NCBI GenBank assembly: GCA_964019425.1
Contig: OZ025790.1
Location: 992,001 to 1,056,000 of the forward strand
Length of the DNA: 64,000 bases
Reading direction: 5' to 3'
DNA from: Flectonema sp. DT1601
Taxonomy: Eukaryota
Of this stretch, positions 36,264 to 48,623 are shown in pieces (positions within the stretch are counted from its first letter, which is position 1; the number at the start of each line of letters is the position of its first letter). The position numbers and the translations under genes were made by a program. Below the pieces are notes generated by a model. It made no database searches. It was not told the origin of the DNA and saw only the letters and a list, made by a program, of their open reading frames with translations.

Positions 36264-36545
36264 TAACTGGGCAGCAAGAAGGAAAGCAGTTAAGTACTTC
36301 TGGGTGTTTGGCATCACCCCCCATAGTGAGCAAGTACAACAGGTAGCATTGGTAGTCTGTTGATCCTGAGTGATCCCAGCTACAGTTTTGTTTTTCTTTC
36401 TTTTTTTTAGAAGAAGATCAGGACATCCAAGCACTGCTGGATAGTTGCTGAATGCAGGGCCTGCCTGTGGCATTATAATAACAGGCTAAGTCCTCAATTC
36501 TTCCGTCATGGTCATGACATTCTTTTTCGTTTTTCTAATGCACAA

Positions 36546-36640
36546 GAGATACCATCACTCATGAGATACCAACGCACATACGAGATACCAGCACTCCAGA
36601 GATACCGACACGCTAGAGATACCAAGTCACTTGAGATACC
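36546..36640 (+). repeat. Six GAGATACC motifs at 17-19 bp spacing
   Basis: Octamer separated by 9-11 bp variable spacers containing CAC; an inverted homolog lies at 50985-51079. Confidence 0.9.
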
Positions 36641-36884
36641 TCCTTGTAAATTAATTCCCGGTATTTCAAATTTGAATTGATAGTGTCAACTCTGCTTGCT
36701 GCTCTTGTTCATGTGTTGTCTCCTGAAAGTGATCTTAACTCCTATAAAAAGAAAAAAAAAAAGAAATCAAAAAAGAAGAATTTTCAAACGAAGTTATAAC
36801 AACCCCTACCACCCATTATGATCAATTCCGCTTGTTTTTTTTTTTTTTTTAAAAAACAAAAAAAAAATAAAAAATTATAAAAGA

Positions 36885-37137
36885 TTAAACAATGTTATCA
36901 TTGTTTTTTTTTTATCGATCGACCATGTCGATTACTTTCTATTTTCCGTCCTGGTCAAGACGCTAAACTGATTGTTTTTTTTTTCAAAATTAATAAAAAA
37001 GAATATAAAAAAAAAATAAAAAAAAAAATAAACAATGTTATCATTATTTTTTTATCGATCGACTTTGTCGACTAATTTCTATTTTCCGTCCTGGTCAAGA
37101 CGCTAAACTGATTGTTTTTTCTAAATAAATAAAAAGA

Positions 37138-37175
<38 letters not shown>

Positions 37176-37426
37176 TTAAACAATGTTATCATTGTTTTTT
37201 TATCGATCGACTATGTCGATTACTTTCTATTTTCCGTCCTGGTCAAGACGCTAAACTGATTGTTTTTTTTTTTCAAAATTAATAAAAAAGAATATAAAAA
37301 AAAAATAAAAAAAAGAATAAACAATGTTATCGTTGTTTTTTTATCGATCGACTTTGTCGACTAATTTCTATTTTCCGTCCTGGTCAAGACGCTAAACTGA
37401 TTGTTTTTTCTAAATAAATAAAAAGA

Positions 37427-37461
<35 letters not shown>

Positions 37462-37576
37462 TTAAACAGTGTTATCATTGTTTTTTTTTATCGATCGACT
37501 ATGTCGATTACTTTCTATTTTCCGTCCTGGTCAAGACGCTAAACTGATTGTTTTTTCTTTAAAAAATAATAAAAAG

Positions 37577-37615
<39 letters not shown>

Positions 37616-37866
37616 ATAAACAATGTTATCATAGTTTTTTTATCGATTGACTTTGTCGACTAATTTCTATTTTCCGTCCTGGTCAGGACGCTAAACTGAT
37701 TGTTTTTTCTTTAAAAATAAATAAAAAGATTATAAAAAAAAAAAAAAAAAAGAATAAACAATGTTATCATTGTTTTTTTTTTATCGATCGACTATGTCGA
37801 CTAATTTCTATTTTCCGTCCTGGTCAAGACGCTAAACTGATTGTTTTTTCTAAATAAATAAAAAGA

Positions 37867-37900
<34 letters not shown>

Positions 37901-38015
37901 TTAAACAGTGTTATCATTGTTTTTTTTTATCGATCGACTATGTCGATTACTTTCTATTTTCCGTCCTGGTCAAGACGCTAAACTGATTGTTTTTTCTTTA
38001 AAAAATAATAAAAAG

Positions 38016-38054
<39 letters not shown>

Positions 38055-38445
38055 ATAAACAATGTTATCATAGTTTTTTTATCGATTGACTTTGTCGACT
38101 AATTTCTATTTTCCGTCCTGGTCAGGACGCTAAACTGATTGTTTTTTCTTTAAAAATAAATAAAAAGATTATAAAAAAAAAAAAAAAAAAGAATAAACAA
38201 TGTTATCATTGTTTTTTTTTTATCGATCGACTATGTCGACTAATTTCTATTTTCCGTCCTGGTCAAGACGCTAAACTGATTGTTTTTTCTAAATAAATAA
38301 AAAGAATAAAAAAAAAAAAAAAAAAAAAAAAGATTAAACAATGTTATCATTGTTTTTTTTTTTATCGATCGACTATGTCGATTACTTTCTATTTTCCGTC
38401 CTGGTCAGGACGCTAAACTGATTGTTTTTTCTTTAAAAAATAAAT
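36885..38445 (-). repeat. ~110-bp satellite, inverted block
   Basis: Reverse complement of the unit (ttttccgtcctggtcaagacgctaaactgattg), about 14 units, including a 439-bp higher-order duplication. Confidence 0.95.
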
Positions 38446-39319
38446 AAAATGAATTTTTATTTTTTTATTTTCAGCTCAATTAGCTACAAAGTGTTTCTAC
38501 AAAGTGTTTCTCACTTAGATTTTTTTTTTGCTTTTCAGCTCCTTAAAAGCTGCTAAGTGTTTCTGCTAAGTGTTTCTCACTTAGAATCTTATTGTTATGT
38601 TCGTTTTCTATCCCTTCTCCTATCCCTTTTGTTCAAAAAAAGCGGGAGGAAATTCTCTCATTCACGCTAAGATGCACTCTGAACTTTGATTTTTTGATCC
38701 GAGTGTGAGGGAATGACCTGTTAGTGCATTGGGCATAAGCTGTGCTGCAGTTTAGATGTCTTAGGTGTTAATAAGGGGTTCCTCTTAGCATTTTTCTTTG
38801 TTCCCACCTTATGATTTTCTTGAAGAAAAAAAATAGAGGTCATAATGGTGCTTCCCTCTGGAAGGGTTGTAAGCCATGGTGTCCAACTAAATTAAAGAAT
38901 TTCGATAAAGTGGGAAGTAACGGACTGGGAGCTTTTGGCTCCTGCCCTATTCCCGATGTAAACTTTCTTTTTATTTTTTATTTTTTTTTTAACAGGCCCA
39001 AAGGGCGACAATGATGGTTGCTGACCAAGGAATAATATTCAATTGAATTTTCGTTTCAAAGAAACGAACAGAATTAAGAGAGAGGCAGAGAAAAAAAAAA
39101 AAAAAATGAAGAGGAAATAATCAAACATGAAAAAAAAAAAAAAAAAATATATATATATAAATAAAAAACGTTGTATGAAAAAGGGAAAAAAAAGAAAAAA
39201 AAAAGACCAGAAAAGGAAAGAGAAAATGAAAAGGTATAATATTATTGTGCGGATATGAGGGATAGCAGGGAGATGCTCTTTTTTTTTTTTTTTTTTTCTT
39301 ATTTATTATTTAAAAAAAG

Positions 39320-39413
39320 GAAACAATCAGTTTAGCGTCTCGATCAGGACGGAAAATAGAAAGTAATCGACATAGTTGATCGATATAAAAAAAACAATGA
39401 TAACATTGTTTAT

Positions 39414-39454
<41 letters not shown>

Positions 39455-40287
39455 AAAAACAATCAGTTTAGCGTCTTGACCAGGACGGAAAATAGTAAGT
39501 AATCGACATAGTCGATCGATAAAAAAAAACAATGATAACATTGTTTATTCCTTTTTTTTTTTTTTTTTTATTCTTTTTATTTATTTTTAAAGAAAAAACA
39601 ATCAGTTTAGCGTCCTGACCAGGACGGAAAATAGAAAGTAATCGACATAGTCGATCGATAAAAAAAACAATGATAACATTGTTTATTCTTTTTTTTTTTT
39701 TTTTTAATTCTTTTTATTTATTTTTAAAAAGAAAAAAAAATGGAAAATAGAAATTAGTCGACAAAGTCGAACGATAAAAAAAAAACAATGATAACATTGT
39801 TTATTCTTTTTTTTTTTATTTTTTTTATATTCTTTTTTATTAATTTTGAAAAAAACACAATCAGTTTAGCGTCTTGACCAGGACGGAAAATAGAAAGTAA
39901 TCGACATAGTCGATCGATAAAAAAACAATGATAACATTGTTTATTCTTTTTTTTTTATTTTAAATTCTTTTTATTTATTTTTTAAAGAAAAAAAAAACGG
40001 AAAATAGAAATTAGTCGACAAAGTCGAACGATAAAAAAAAACAATGATAACATTGTTTATTCTTTTTTTTGTATTTTTTTATATTCTTTTTTTATTAATT
40101 TTGAAAAAAAACAATCAGTTTAGCGTCTTGACCAGGACGGAAAATAGAAAGTGATCGACATAGTCGATCGATAAAAAAACAATGATAACATTGTTTATTC
40201 TTTTTTTTTTTATTTTTTTATTTTAAATTCTTTTTATTTATTTTTTAAAGAAAAAAAAAAAACGGAAAATAGAAATTAGTCGACAAG
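39320..40287 (+). repeat. ~110-bp satellite block
   Basis: Full units interspersed with deletion-variant units (aaaacggaaaatagaaattagtcgacaaagtcgaacg). Confidence 0.95.
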
Positions 40288-40988
40288 TCTGGGATAATCC
40301 CTGCCAGAGGGGTGAGTATTCTACCATGGTTGAAATACTCTGGCAACTGATCTTCAATTTTATGTTGTTTGTTAGCTGCTGGTGTATCTTGATTATGTGT
40401 TGATACTTGCATTTTTTTATTTGTAATCTTCTATTACAATCCTCTTTCTGTTCTGGTCTGTTACTTCATTTGTCTTGTTTAACTTCAGTTATATCCATTT
40501 TACTTTTTATTGTTTCCCATCTACTTTTTATTTTCTATTAGTTCTGGTCAGAAACTCCTGGGCAGCAAGAAGGAAAGCAGTTAAGTACTTCTGGGTGTTT
40601 GGCATCACCCCCCATAGTGAGCAAGTACAACAGGTAGCATTGGTAGTCTGTTGATCCTGAGTGATCCCAGCTACAGTTTTGTTTTTCTTTCTTTTTTTTA
40701 GAAGAAGATGAATTTCGATAGAGTGGGAAGTAACGGACTGGGAGCTTTTGGCTCCTGCCCTATTCCCGATGTAAACTTTCTTTTTATTTTTTATTTTTTT
40801 AACAGGCCCAAAGGGCGACAATGATGGTTGCTGACCAAGGAATAATATTCAAATGAATTTTCGTTTCAAAGAAACAAACAGAATTAAGAGAGAGGCAGAG
40901 AAAAAAAAAAAAAAAGAAAGAAAGAAAAGAAAAAAAAAAAATATGAGGAGGAAATAATCAAACATGAAAAAAAAAAAAAAAATATATA

Positions 40989-42856
40989 TTAGTCATTCCA
41001 AAAATAACCGGCCGCGAAAACCAGTTTTGCTTCGAGCAGCCGTTGGTCAAAAATGCGTCCATTTTTCGAGATTTTTTACGAGGTGGAAAGGTTCGGCCCC
41101 AATCTCTCATTTTACGCGGTGGGATTATTTTTTTTTCACTTTTTTTACTGACCGTTAGAACCCGACAGGTGCGTTATGGGTACTAAGAGAATGTCACTGT
41201 CGCCACGGAAAAGTTAATCCTGTTGCTGCATTTAATTTTTTTCTGGAAAAAAAAGGGAAATGCATCAGAGATTGGCATTTTTTCTCGTAACTACACTTAT
41301 TATTCCCTTCAGCACCAGCTTAAACTTCTCTCAATGAAGTGTCACACGTGCCACGAGATGCCAGCTGAGTGCTCCTCAGACAACTACAACTGCACCTCGC
41401 ACACTAACGCGAAAAGATGGAATCCGAAGTTCAACAAGCTTCTTGAGCCACTTCGCGGTAGTCTTGAAATCCCGGCGTATGCTCCTCTGCGCTCAATCTG
41501 CAACGCTTGCTACCAGCGAGCAAAAAGGCTGACTAGTGATCCGCATTACGCATCCGTCAGTATCCCTGCAGAGCCGATCAATCCGGAACCGCGCTCCGAT
41601 ATTTTTGAACGCGTGAAAGAATCAGTTCCTGCTGTCCGTTCTCAGTTTTTGAGACTCTGTTTCACGCCAGGCTACACTGATAGCCAGATTAATGCCCATG
41701 TCAGGGATTCTTCAATGCGTAAGCAGCTACAGAGGCTGGAACAGCACGATCCCTCCCAATCAGTAAAGCAGCGCAGCCAAGACAGAGATATCTGGAACTT
41801 CTGGATTTCCAATGCACGCCCTGAGTCAAACCGCGGTCCTCAGCAAAGACTACATAACCGGCAAGACAAGTAAAGAGACAGTCCTCTATGTAAGAGAACC
41901 ATACCTTGCTTTGTGGAGTGCCTTCTGCAGAACTCACACAGCTATCTCATATGCTCTGTTTTGTGACAAAAGGCCTGCTCATGTCAAATCTTGTCCGAAT
42001 AACCCTCGATGCCGTTGTAGGTGGCACATGCAAATTGCACTTATCCTTCCTGCTTATATGAGACTTGTGGGCCTGAGAAGATTTCAGCTAACCCGCTTGA
42101 GTGACCTACCACTCATACTATGTCGAGACCCGTCTTACAACTGCTTCTTTGGCCACTGCAACCAATGCAGGCCGTTGAACTTATTCTATCCCAAGGCGTT
42201 AAAATCCTGCTGGCTGCTTTGTACCGATTGATGAAGATGATCCAAATGTGGGGGTTGGTGCGAGCCAACTTTCACCTGCTACCAACACTGAGAGTGAGTC
42301 TATTTCAGAAACAACTGAACCCACCTCAGATTCTGGTGAGTCTTCTACTGGCTCTTGCTCTGTTAGTGAATCTAGTTCTAGTTCCAGTTTCAGATCGCTG
42401 TGTTCAACTAGTTCTATTATCGGTTCATTGCCGGTAGGAAAACGAAGAAAGCCAGCAGTAAAAGTTGCCAAAAGAGCTAAGCCTAATCAAAAATAAAAAT
42501 AGGCTAAGTGTAGTGTAAGATGTACAAGGTACTGTTTTGCTTCGAGCAGCCTTTGTAACTGTTTCAGAGTAAAACATCCGACCAGGTACGGCCGGATATA
42601 GAACCATATACCGATCTTTCATTTTAGCACCCGGGGCAGCCGATTAGACATCAACAGTTCCATTATTCAAAATTTTCACCACACAAAAATGTCACAATTT
42701 TTTTGAATTTTAGCTGCATTTTTTTGAATCGCAGCGGGAATGAAATCAGCGGTGCAAAAGCGATTAAAATAGGTATTCGGTTTTAAGTTTTACTCCCTAT
42801 TTTCACCCATGAAATACTGGAACCCTAAAATGGACGGTTATTTTTGGAATGACTAA
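40989..42856 (+). mobile_element. TIR DNA transposon derivative, possibly Sola-like, inserted in a (TA)n tract
   Basis: Perfect 22-bp TIR ttagtcattccaaaaataaccg / cggttatttttggaatgactaa. TATA (or TA) duplication, with the empty site visible at ~39147-39160. Confidence 0.85.
41334..42496 (+). pseudogene. Frameshifted Cys/His-rich transposon protein without a visible catalytic core
   Basis: Three overlapping frames: CHTCH...ICNACY, then FCDKRPAHV...CRCRWH...C..PSYNCFFGHCNQC, then an acidic/Ser tail with an NLS-like KRRKP...KRAK. Confidence 0.6.
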
Positions 42857-42988
42857 TATATATAAATAAAAAAACGTTGTATGAAAAAGGAAAAAAAAGA
42901 AAAAAAAAAAAAAAAAAAGACCAGAAAAGGAAAGAGAAAATGAAAAGGTATAATATTATTGTGAGGATATGAGGGATAGCAGGGAGAT

Positions 42989-43026
<38 letters not shown>

Positions 43027-43147
43027 TTATTATTTAAAAAAAAGGAAACAATCAGTTTAGCGTCTCGATCAGGACGGAAAATAGAAATTAATCGACATAG
43101 TCGATCGATAGAAAAAAAAACAATGATAACATTGTTTATTCTTTTTT

Positions 43148-44188
43148 GGGAAAACCCCTAATCCGAACACAAAAGTTTCCGAAACCGCCAACTCTATACA
43201 AAAAAAAAATTTGTCACGGGAGAAACAATCCCCCAATGAAAGAATTATAAAATTTATTTTTTGTTGCTGACACGGTGGCCCAGTGGGTGTTACCGCGGTC
43301 TTCTGAGGTGCAACTCGCGGGTTCGAACCCGGCTGCAAACCTTTTTTTTGTTTGCCTCAAAATGTCAACACAATGTTGAGTGACTAACTGTACTGACTAA
43401 CTGTACTTGATAACTTGAGGAACTTGTTGATAACTTGAATACGAGGTTTTGTGCCGTCAGGTACGGACTGTTGCTGTGGCGAAGGTTATCCTGGCAAAGG
43501 CGGTGGAGTTACAATCCTGCGCCCCGATGGCTCTTTGGCACACGAAGATTGATTTTCCGATCATAAACAACAAGCCCTCCTTTGAATCACACACCACATT
43601 CGTTCGGTCAGGGTACGTCTTTGGGCCAATTAAGCGTCTGACCAACGTTCCAGAGTGTCTCCCCTCTGTGTCTTCCGTCGGCTTCATCCCTGGAAGTCAT
43701 TTTTGCATACAATGATTGATGCATCTTCGTTTGGGCCTTTGTCAACAAGGTGCTTACATCCCTTCAGTGGGTGCTTGTACAGCTGTTGCCAATGTAAGGG
43801 CAGTTGGTGCCACTGTAACACCCACCTCCATAGAGACCACCTTAAACGATGTGCTGGTGGTTTGAGGCAATGATGTTGACAGTACAAGCTAAACATTGGC
43901 AGGCGGACGTGGTGCAAGAACGCCCAAAATAATCTGAGAAAAACTCTTTGTGAACTTGTCACGCGTCCCAAAAGTGTCTCCCATCAGAAGCAGGCATGTT
44001 TGTTTAGAAAAAATTGTGAGGAGATTTAAAATTACTCAACGCATTTTTCAGGGAAAAAAAAAAGTCTGCCTTAAATTCGGCAAGTTCGATTCCAGGTGGC
44101 GGATTTTTTAACCACAGGCCACAAGGCACTTTTTTTGTATAGAGTTGGCGGTTTCGGAAACTTTTGTGTCTGGATTAGAGGTTTTCCC
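43148..44188. mobile_element. MULE-like non-autonomous element (~1.04 kb, 9-bp TSD) in the satellite
   Basis: ~58-bp TIRs gggaaaacccctaatcc...ccgccaactctatacaaaa; TTCTTTTTT flanks both ends. Confidence 0.85.
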
Positions 44189-44190
44189 TT

Positions 44191-44224
<34 letters not shown>

Positions 44225-44571
44225 CTTTTAATTATTTTAAAGAAAAAACAATCAGTTTAGCGTCTTGACCAGGACGGAAAATAGAAAGTGATCGACATAG
44301 TCGATCGATAAAAAAAACAATGATAACATTGTTTATTCTTTTTTTTATTTTATTTTAAATTCTTTTTATTTATTTTTTAAAGAAAAAAAAAACGGAAAAT
44401 AGAAATTAGTCAACAAAGTCGAACGATAAAAAAAAACAATGATAACATTGTTTATTCTTTTTTTTGTATTTTTTTATATTCTTTTTTATTAATTTTGAAA
44501 AAAAACAATCAGTTTAGCGTCTTGACCAGGACGGAAAATAGAAAGTGATCGACATAGTCGATCGATAAAAA
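44189..44571 (+). repeat. ~110-bp satellite block (continues 43047-43147 across the MULE-like insertion)
   Basis: Same unit. Confidence 0.92.
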
Positions 44572-45138
44572 AGTTGAATTACCAGGTGAGATTTGGACAG
44601 TTAGCTTTTGGCTAAGGCCCTCCCTGAAGAGCAAGAACAGAAAAACTACTCACACCTGAAGAAAACATACACAAAGAACTACTCTCCTTCTTGCTGCCCA
44701 GGAGTTTCTGACCAGAACTAATAGAAAATAAAAAGTAGATGGGAAACAATAAAAAGTAAAATGGATATAACTGAAGTTAAACAAGACAAATGAGGTAACA
44801 GACCAGAACAGAAAGAGGATTGTAATAGAAGATTACAAATAAAAAAAATGCAAGTATCAACACATAATCAAGATACACCAGCAGCTAACAAACAACATAA
44901 AATTGAAGATCAGTTGCCAGAGTATTTCAACCATGGTAGAATACTCGCCCCTCTGGCAGGGATTATCCCAGACTTGTCCTTTAATCTAGTTGGACACCAT
45001 GGCTTACAACCCTTCCAGAGGGAAGCACCATTATGACTTCTATTTTTTTTCTTCAAGAAAATCATAAGGTGGTAACAAAGAAAAATGCTAAGAGGAACCC
45101 CCTATTAACACCTAAGACATCTAAACTGCAGCCCAGCC
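44572..45138 (+). repeat. 567-bp module duplicated at 49012-49578
   Basis: Apparently identical direct copy at offset 4440. Inverted pieces occur at ~38725-38895 and ~40285-40575. Confidence 0.9.
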
Positions 45139-45344
45139 GAGTTTCGATAAAGTGGGAAGTAACGGACTGGGAGCTTTTGGCTCCTGCCCTATTCCCGATG
45201 TAAACTTTCTTTTTTTTTTTTTTTTTTTTTTAACAGGCCCAAAGGGCGACAATGATGGTTGCTGACCAAGGAATAATATTCAAATGAATTTTCGTTTCAA
45301 AGAAACGAACAGAATTAAGAGAGAGGTAGAGAAAAAAAAAAAAA

Positions 45345-46739
45345 GGGAAAAACTATAATTCCACAAAAAAGTTTCTGAAATGTCCGATCTCAACATGAAA
45401 GTTTCCGAAATGGACAGCTCCACACAAAAAAGTTTCCGAAATGGACAGCTCCACACAAAATAGTTTCCGAAATGGACAGCTCCACACACGAAAGTTTCCG
45501 AAATGGACAGCTGTTTTTTTTTTTTTTATAGCTTACTGCCAGTGCATTTCGGGGTCGCCCAAAGTCATGGGGATTTTTTTTTCTCCCAAAAAAATATTTT
45601 TTCCTACGTAAGGCAAGGCCATCCGACGAGATGAGTGAAATACACCGAACCTGTGTGACCTGGGGCTAGGCCTGACTGCGCCCCTGGATCGGCATAGCTC
45701 GGTATGTGTGCAGGGCCAGGTATAGGGATGGACGAATTTCGGGTAGAGACACTTTTCCCGACTTGTCAGCCCATACAACCATGAGAGTTCAGAGTGTATT
45801 AAAATACTAGAGGTGCATCACAAGCGTCAGACAGGAGACAAGAGAAATCCAACATCATGAATCTTTAGAAGAGTGATACAGCTCGGTATGTGTGCAGGGC
45901 CGGGTCACCTACGCAGAGACAAGTCTCCGCTACACGTCGTACCAACCAAGATGAGGTATGAGAGCGCAAAAACCAAGTATACATGATCAGCGGCCTAGGG
46001 CTTGACATGAATAGCTGTGGAGTGGCGAAACCATTTAGTGTTCTCAAGTCTGAGATCACCTCACTGAGCCACACAGTACTGTCCTTTCGGAGTTTCTGTG
46101 AAAGTAGCCCACGGAACACTTTTCTAAAGATTCAATCAGCCGAACTACTCCGCTACTGACTTTCACTTGATTAGCGAGCTACTAGTATATATTATTATGT
46201 CACCTGTTGAAGGAGTACTAAGAGGTTGATTCAGGCCCTGCACGTATTAGTTGTAATTACAGCACTTGCTTTACCTTAAATTACTCCTTCCCTCATTGAG
46301 AACCAACCCATCTCGGCCATCCCGGTGTATTTGGGAACGAAGAAAAACCTTGTTTTCTTACCGAACAGCGAAAAATCCGAATATCACTTTCAGTGAATAG
46401 CGAAAGAAAAACCTTTCCGTTTACTGAACAGCGAAAATGAAACTACCTACCATAGCAATTTTATACGGGAAAAAAAAAGTTGTTCACTAGCGAAAAGTTT
46501 TTTTGGGTGCAGGCAACGGAGAAAAAAAAAAAAAAAAATTCATTTCGCCAACAAAAAAAAATTTTTTTTTTTGCTGTCCATTTCGGAAACTTTCGTGTGT
46601 GGAGCTGTCCATTTCGGAAACTATTTTGTGTGGAGCTGTCTATTTCGGAAACTTTTTTGTGTGGAGCTGTCCGTTTCGGAAACTTTCATGTTGAGATCGG
46701 ACATTTCAGTAACATTTACGTGGAATTAGAGGTTTTCCC
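45345..46739. mobile_element. MULE/foldback-like non-autonomous element (~1.4 kb)
   Basis: ~165-bp TIRs starting GGGAAAA and containing 30-bp tandem units aagtttccgaaatggacagctccacac. Inserted in a polyA run; empty sites at ~39091 and ~40901. Confidence 0.85.
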
Positions 46740-46995
46740 AAAAAAAAAAAAAAAAGAAAGAATAGAAAAAAAAATATGAAGAGGAAATAATCAAACATGA
46801 AAAAAAAAAAAAATAAAATAAAATATAAATAAAAAACGTTGTATGAAAAAGGAAAAAAAGAATAAAAAAAGACCAGAAAAGGAAAGAGAAAATGAAAATG
46901 AAAAGGTATAATATTATTGTGGGGATATGAGGATAGCAGGGAGATGCTCTTTTTTTTTTTTTTTTTTTTTTTTTTATTTATTATTTAAAAAAAGG

Positions 46996-47375
46996 AAACA
47001 ATCAGTTTAGCGTCTCGATCAGGACGGAAAATAGAAATTAATCGACATAGTCGATCGATAGAAAAAAAAACAATGATAACATTGTTTATTCTTTTTTTTT
47101 TTTTTTTTTTTTTTTAAATCCTTTTAATTATTTTAAAGAAAAAACAATCAGTTTAGCGTCTTGACCAGGACGGAAAATAGAAAGTAATCGACATAGTCGA
47201 TCGATAAAAAAAAAACAATGATAACATTGTTTATTCCTTTTTTTTTTTTTTTTTTTTTTATTCTTTTTATTTATTTTTAAAGAAAAAACAATCAGTTTAG
47301 CGTCCTGACCAGGACGGAAAATTGAAAGTGATCGACATAGTCGATCGATAAAAAAACAATGATAACATTGTTTAT

Positions 47376-47411
<36 letters not shown>

Positions 47412-48476
47412 TTTTAATTATTTTTTAAAGAAAAAACAATCAGTTTAGCGTCTTGACCAGGACGGAAAGTAGAAAGTGATCGACATAGTCGATCGATAAA
47501 AAACAATGATAACATTGTTTATTCTTTTTTTTTTTTTTTTTTTTTTTTTTTTCCTTTTTATTACTTTAAAGAAAAAACAATCAGTTTAGCGTCTTGACCA
47601 GGACGGAAAATAGAAAGTGATCGACATAGTCGATCGATAAAAAAACAATGATAACATTGTTTATTCTTTTTTTTTTTTTTTTTTTAAATTCTTTTTATTT
47701 ATTTTTAAAGAAAAAAAAACGGAAAATAAAAATTAGTCGACAAAGTCGAACGATAAAAAAAAAACAATGATAACATTGTTTATTCTTTTTTTTTTTTGTT
47801 TTTTTTTATATTCTTTTTTATTAATTTTGAAAAAAAACAATCAGTTTAGCGTCTTGACCAGGACGGAAAATAGAAAGTAATCGACATAGTCGATCGATAA
47901 AAAAAAAAACAATGATAACATTGTTTATTCTTTTTTTTTTATTTTTTTTTATATTCTTTTTATTAATTTTGAAAAAAAAAAAAAAAAACAATCAGTTTAG
48001 CGTCTTGACCAGGACGGAAAATAGAAAGTGATCGACATAGTCGATCGATAAAAAAAAACAATGATAACATTGTTTATTCTTTTTTTTTTTTTTTAATCCT
48101 TTTTTTTTTTTTTAAAGAAAAAACAATCAGTTTAGCGTCTTGACCAGGACGGAAAATAGAAAGTAATCGACACAGTCGATCGATAAAAAAAAAAACAATG
48201 ATAACATTGTTTATTCTTTTTTTTTTTTTTTTAAATTCTTTTTATTTATTTTTTAAAAAAAAAAAAAAAATAACGGAAAATAGAAATTAGTCAACAAAGT
48301 CGAACGATAAAAAAAAAACAATGATAACATTGTTTATTCTTTTTTTTTTATTTTTTTTTGTATTCTTTTTTATTAATTTTGAAAAAAAAACAATCAGTTT
48401 AGCGACTTGACCAGGACGGAAAATAGAAAGTGATCGACATAGTCGATCGATAAAAAAACAATGATAACATTGTTTA

Positions 48477-48511
<35 letters not shown>

Positions 48512-48623
48512 CTTTTTATTATTTTTAAAGAAAAAACAATCAGTTTAGCGTCCTGACCAGGACGGAAAATAGAAAGTAATCGACATAGTCGATCGATAAA
48601 AAAAAACAATGATAACATTGTTT
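46996..48623 (+). repeat. ~110-bp satellite block
   Basis: About 15 units. Confidence 0.95.

Noticed and set aside
36546..36640. Repeat-spacer pattern resembling a mini CRISPR array
   Set aside because: The 8-bp repeats and 9-11 bp related spacers are far too short, there are no cas genes, and the context is eukaryotic.
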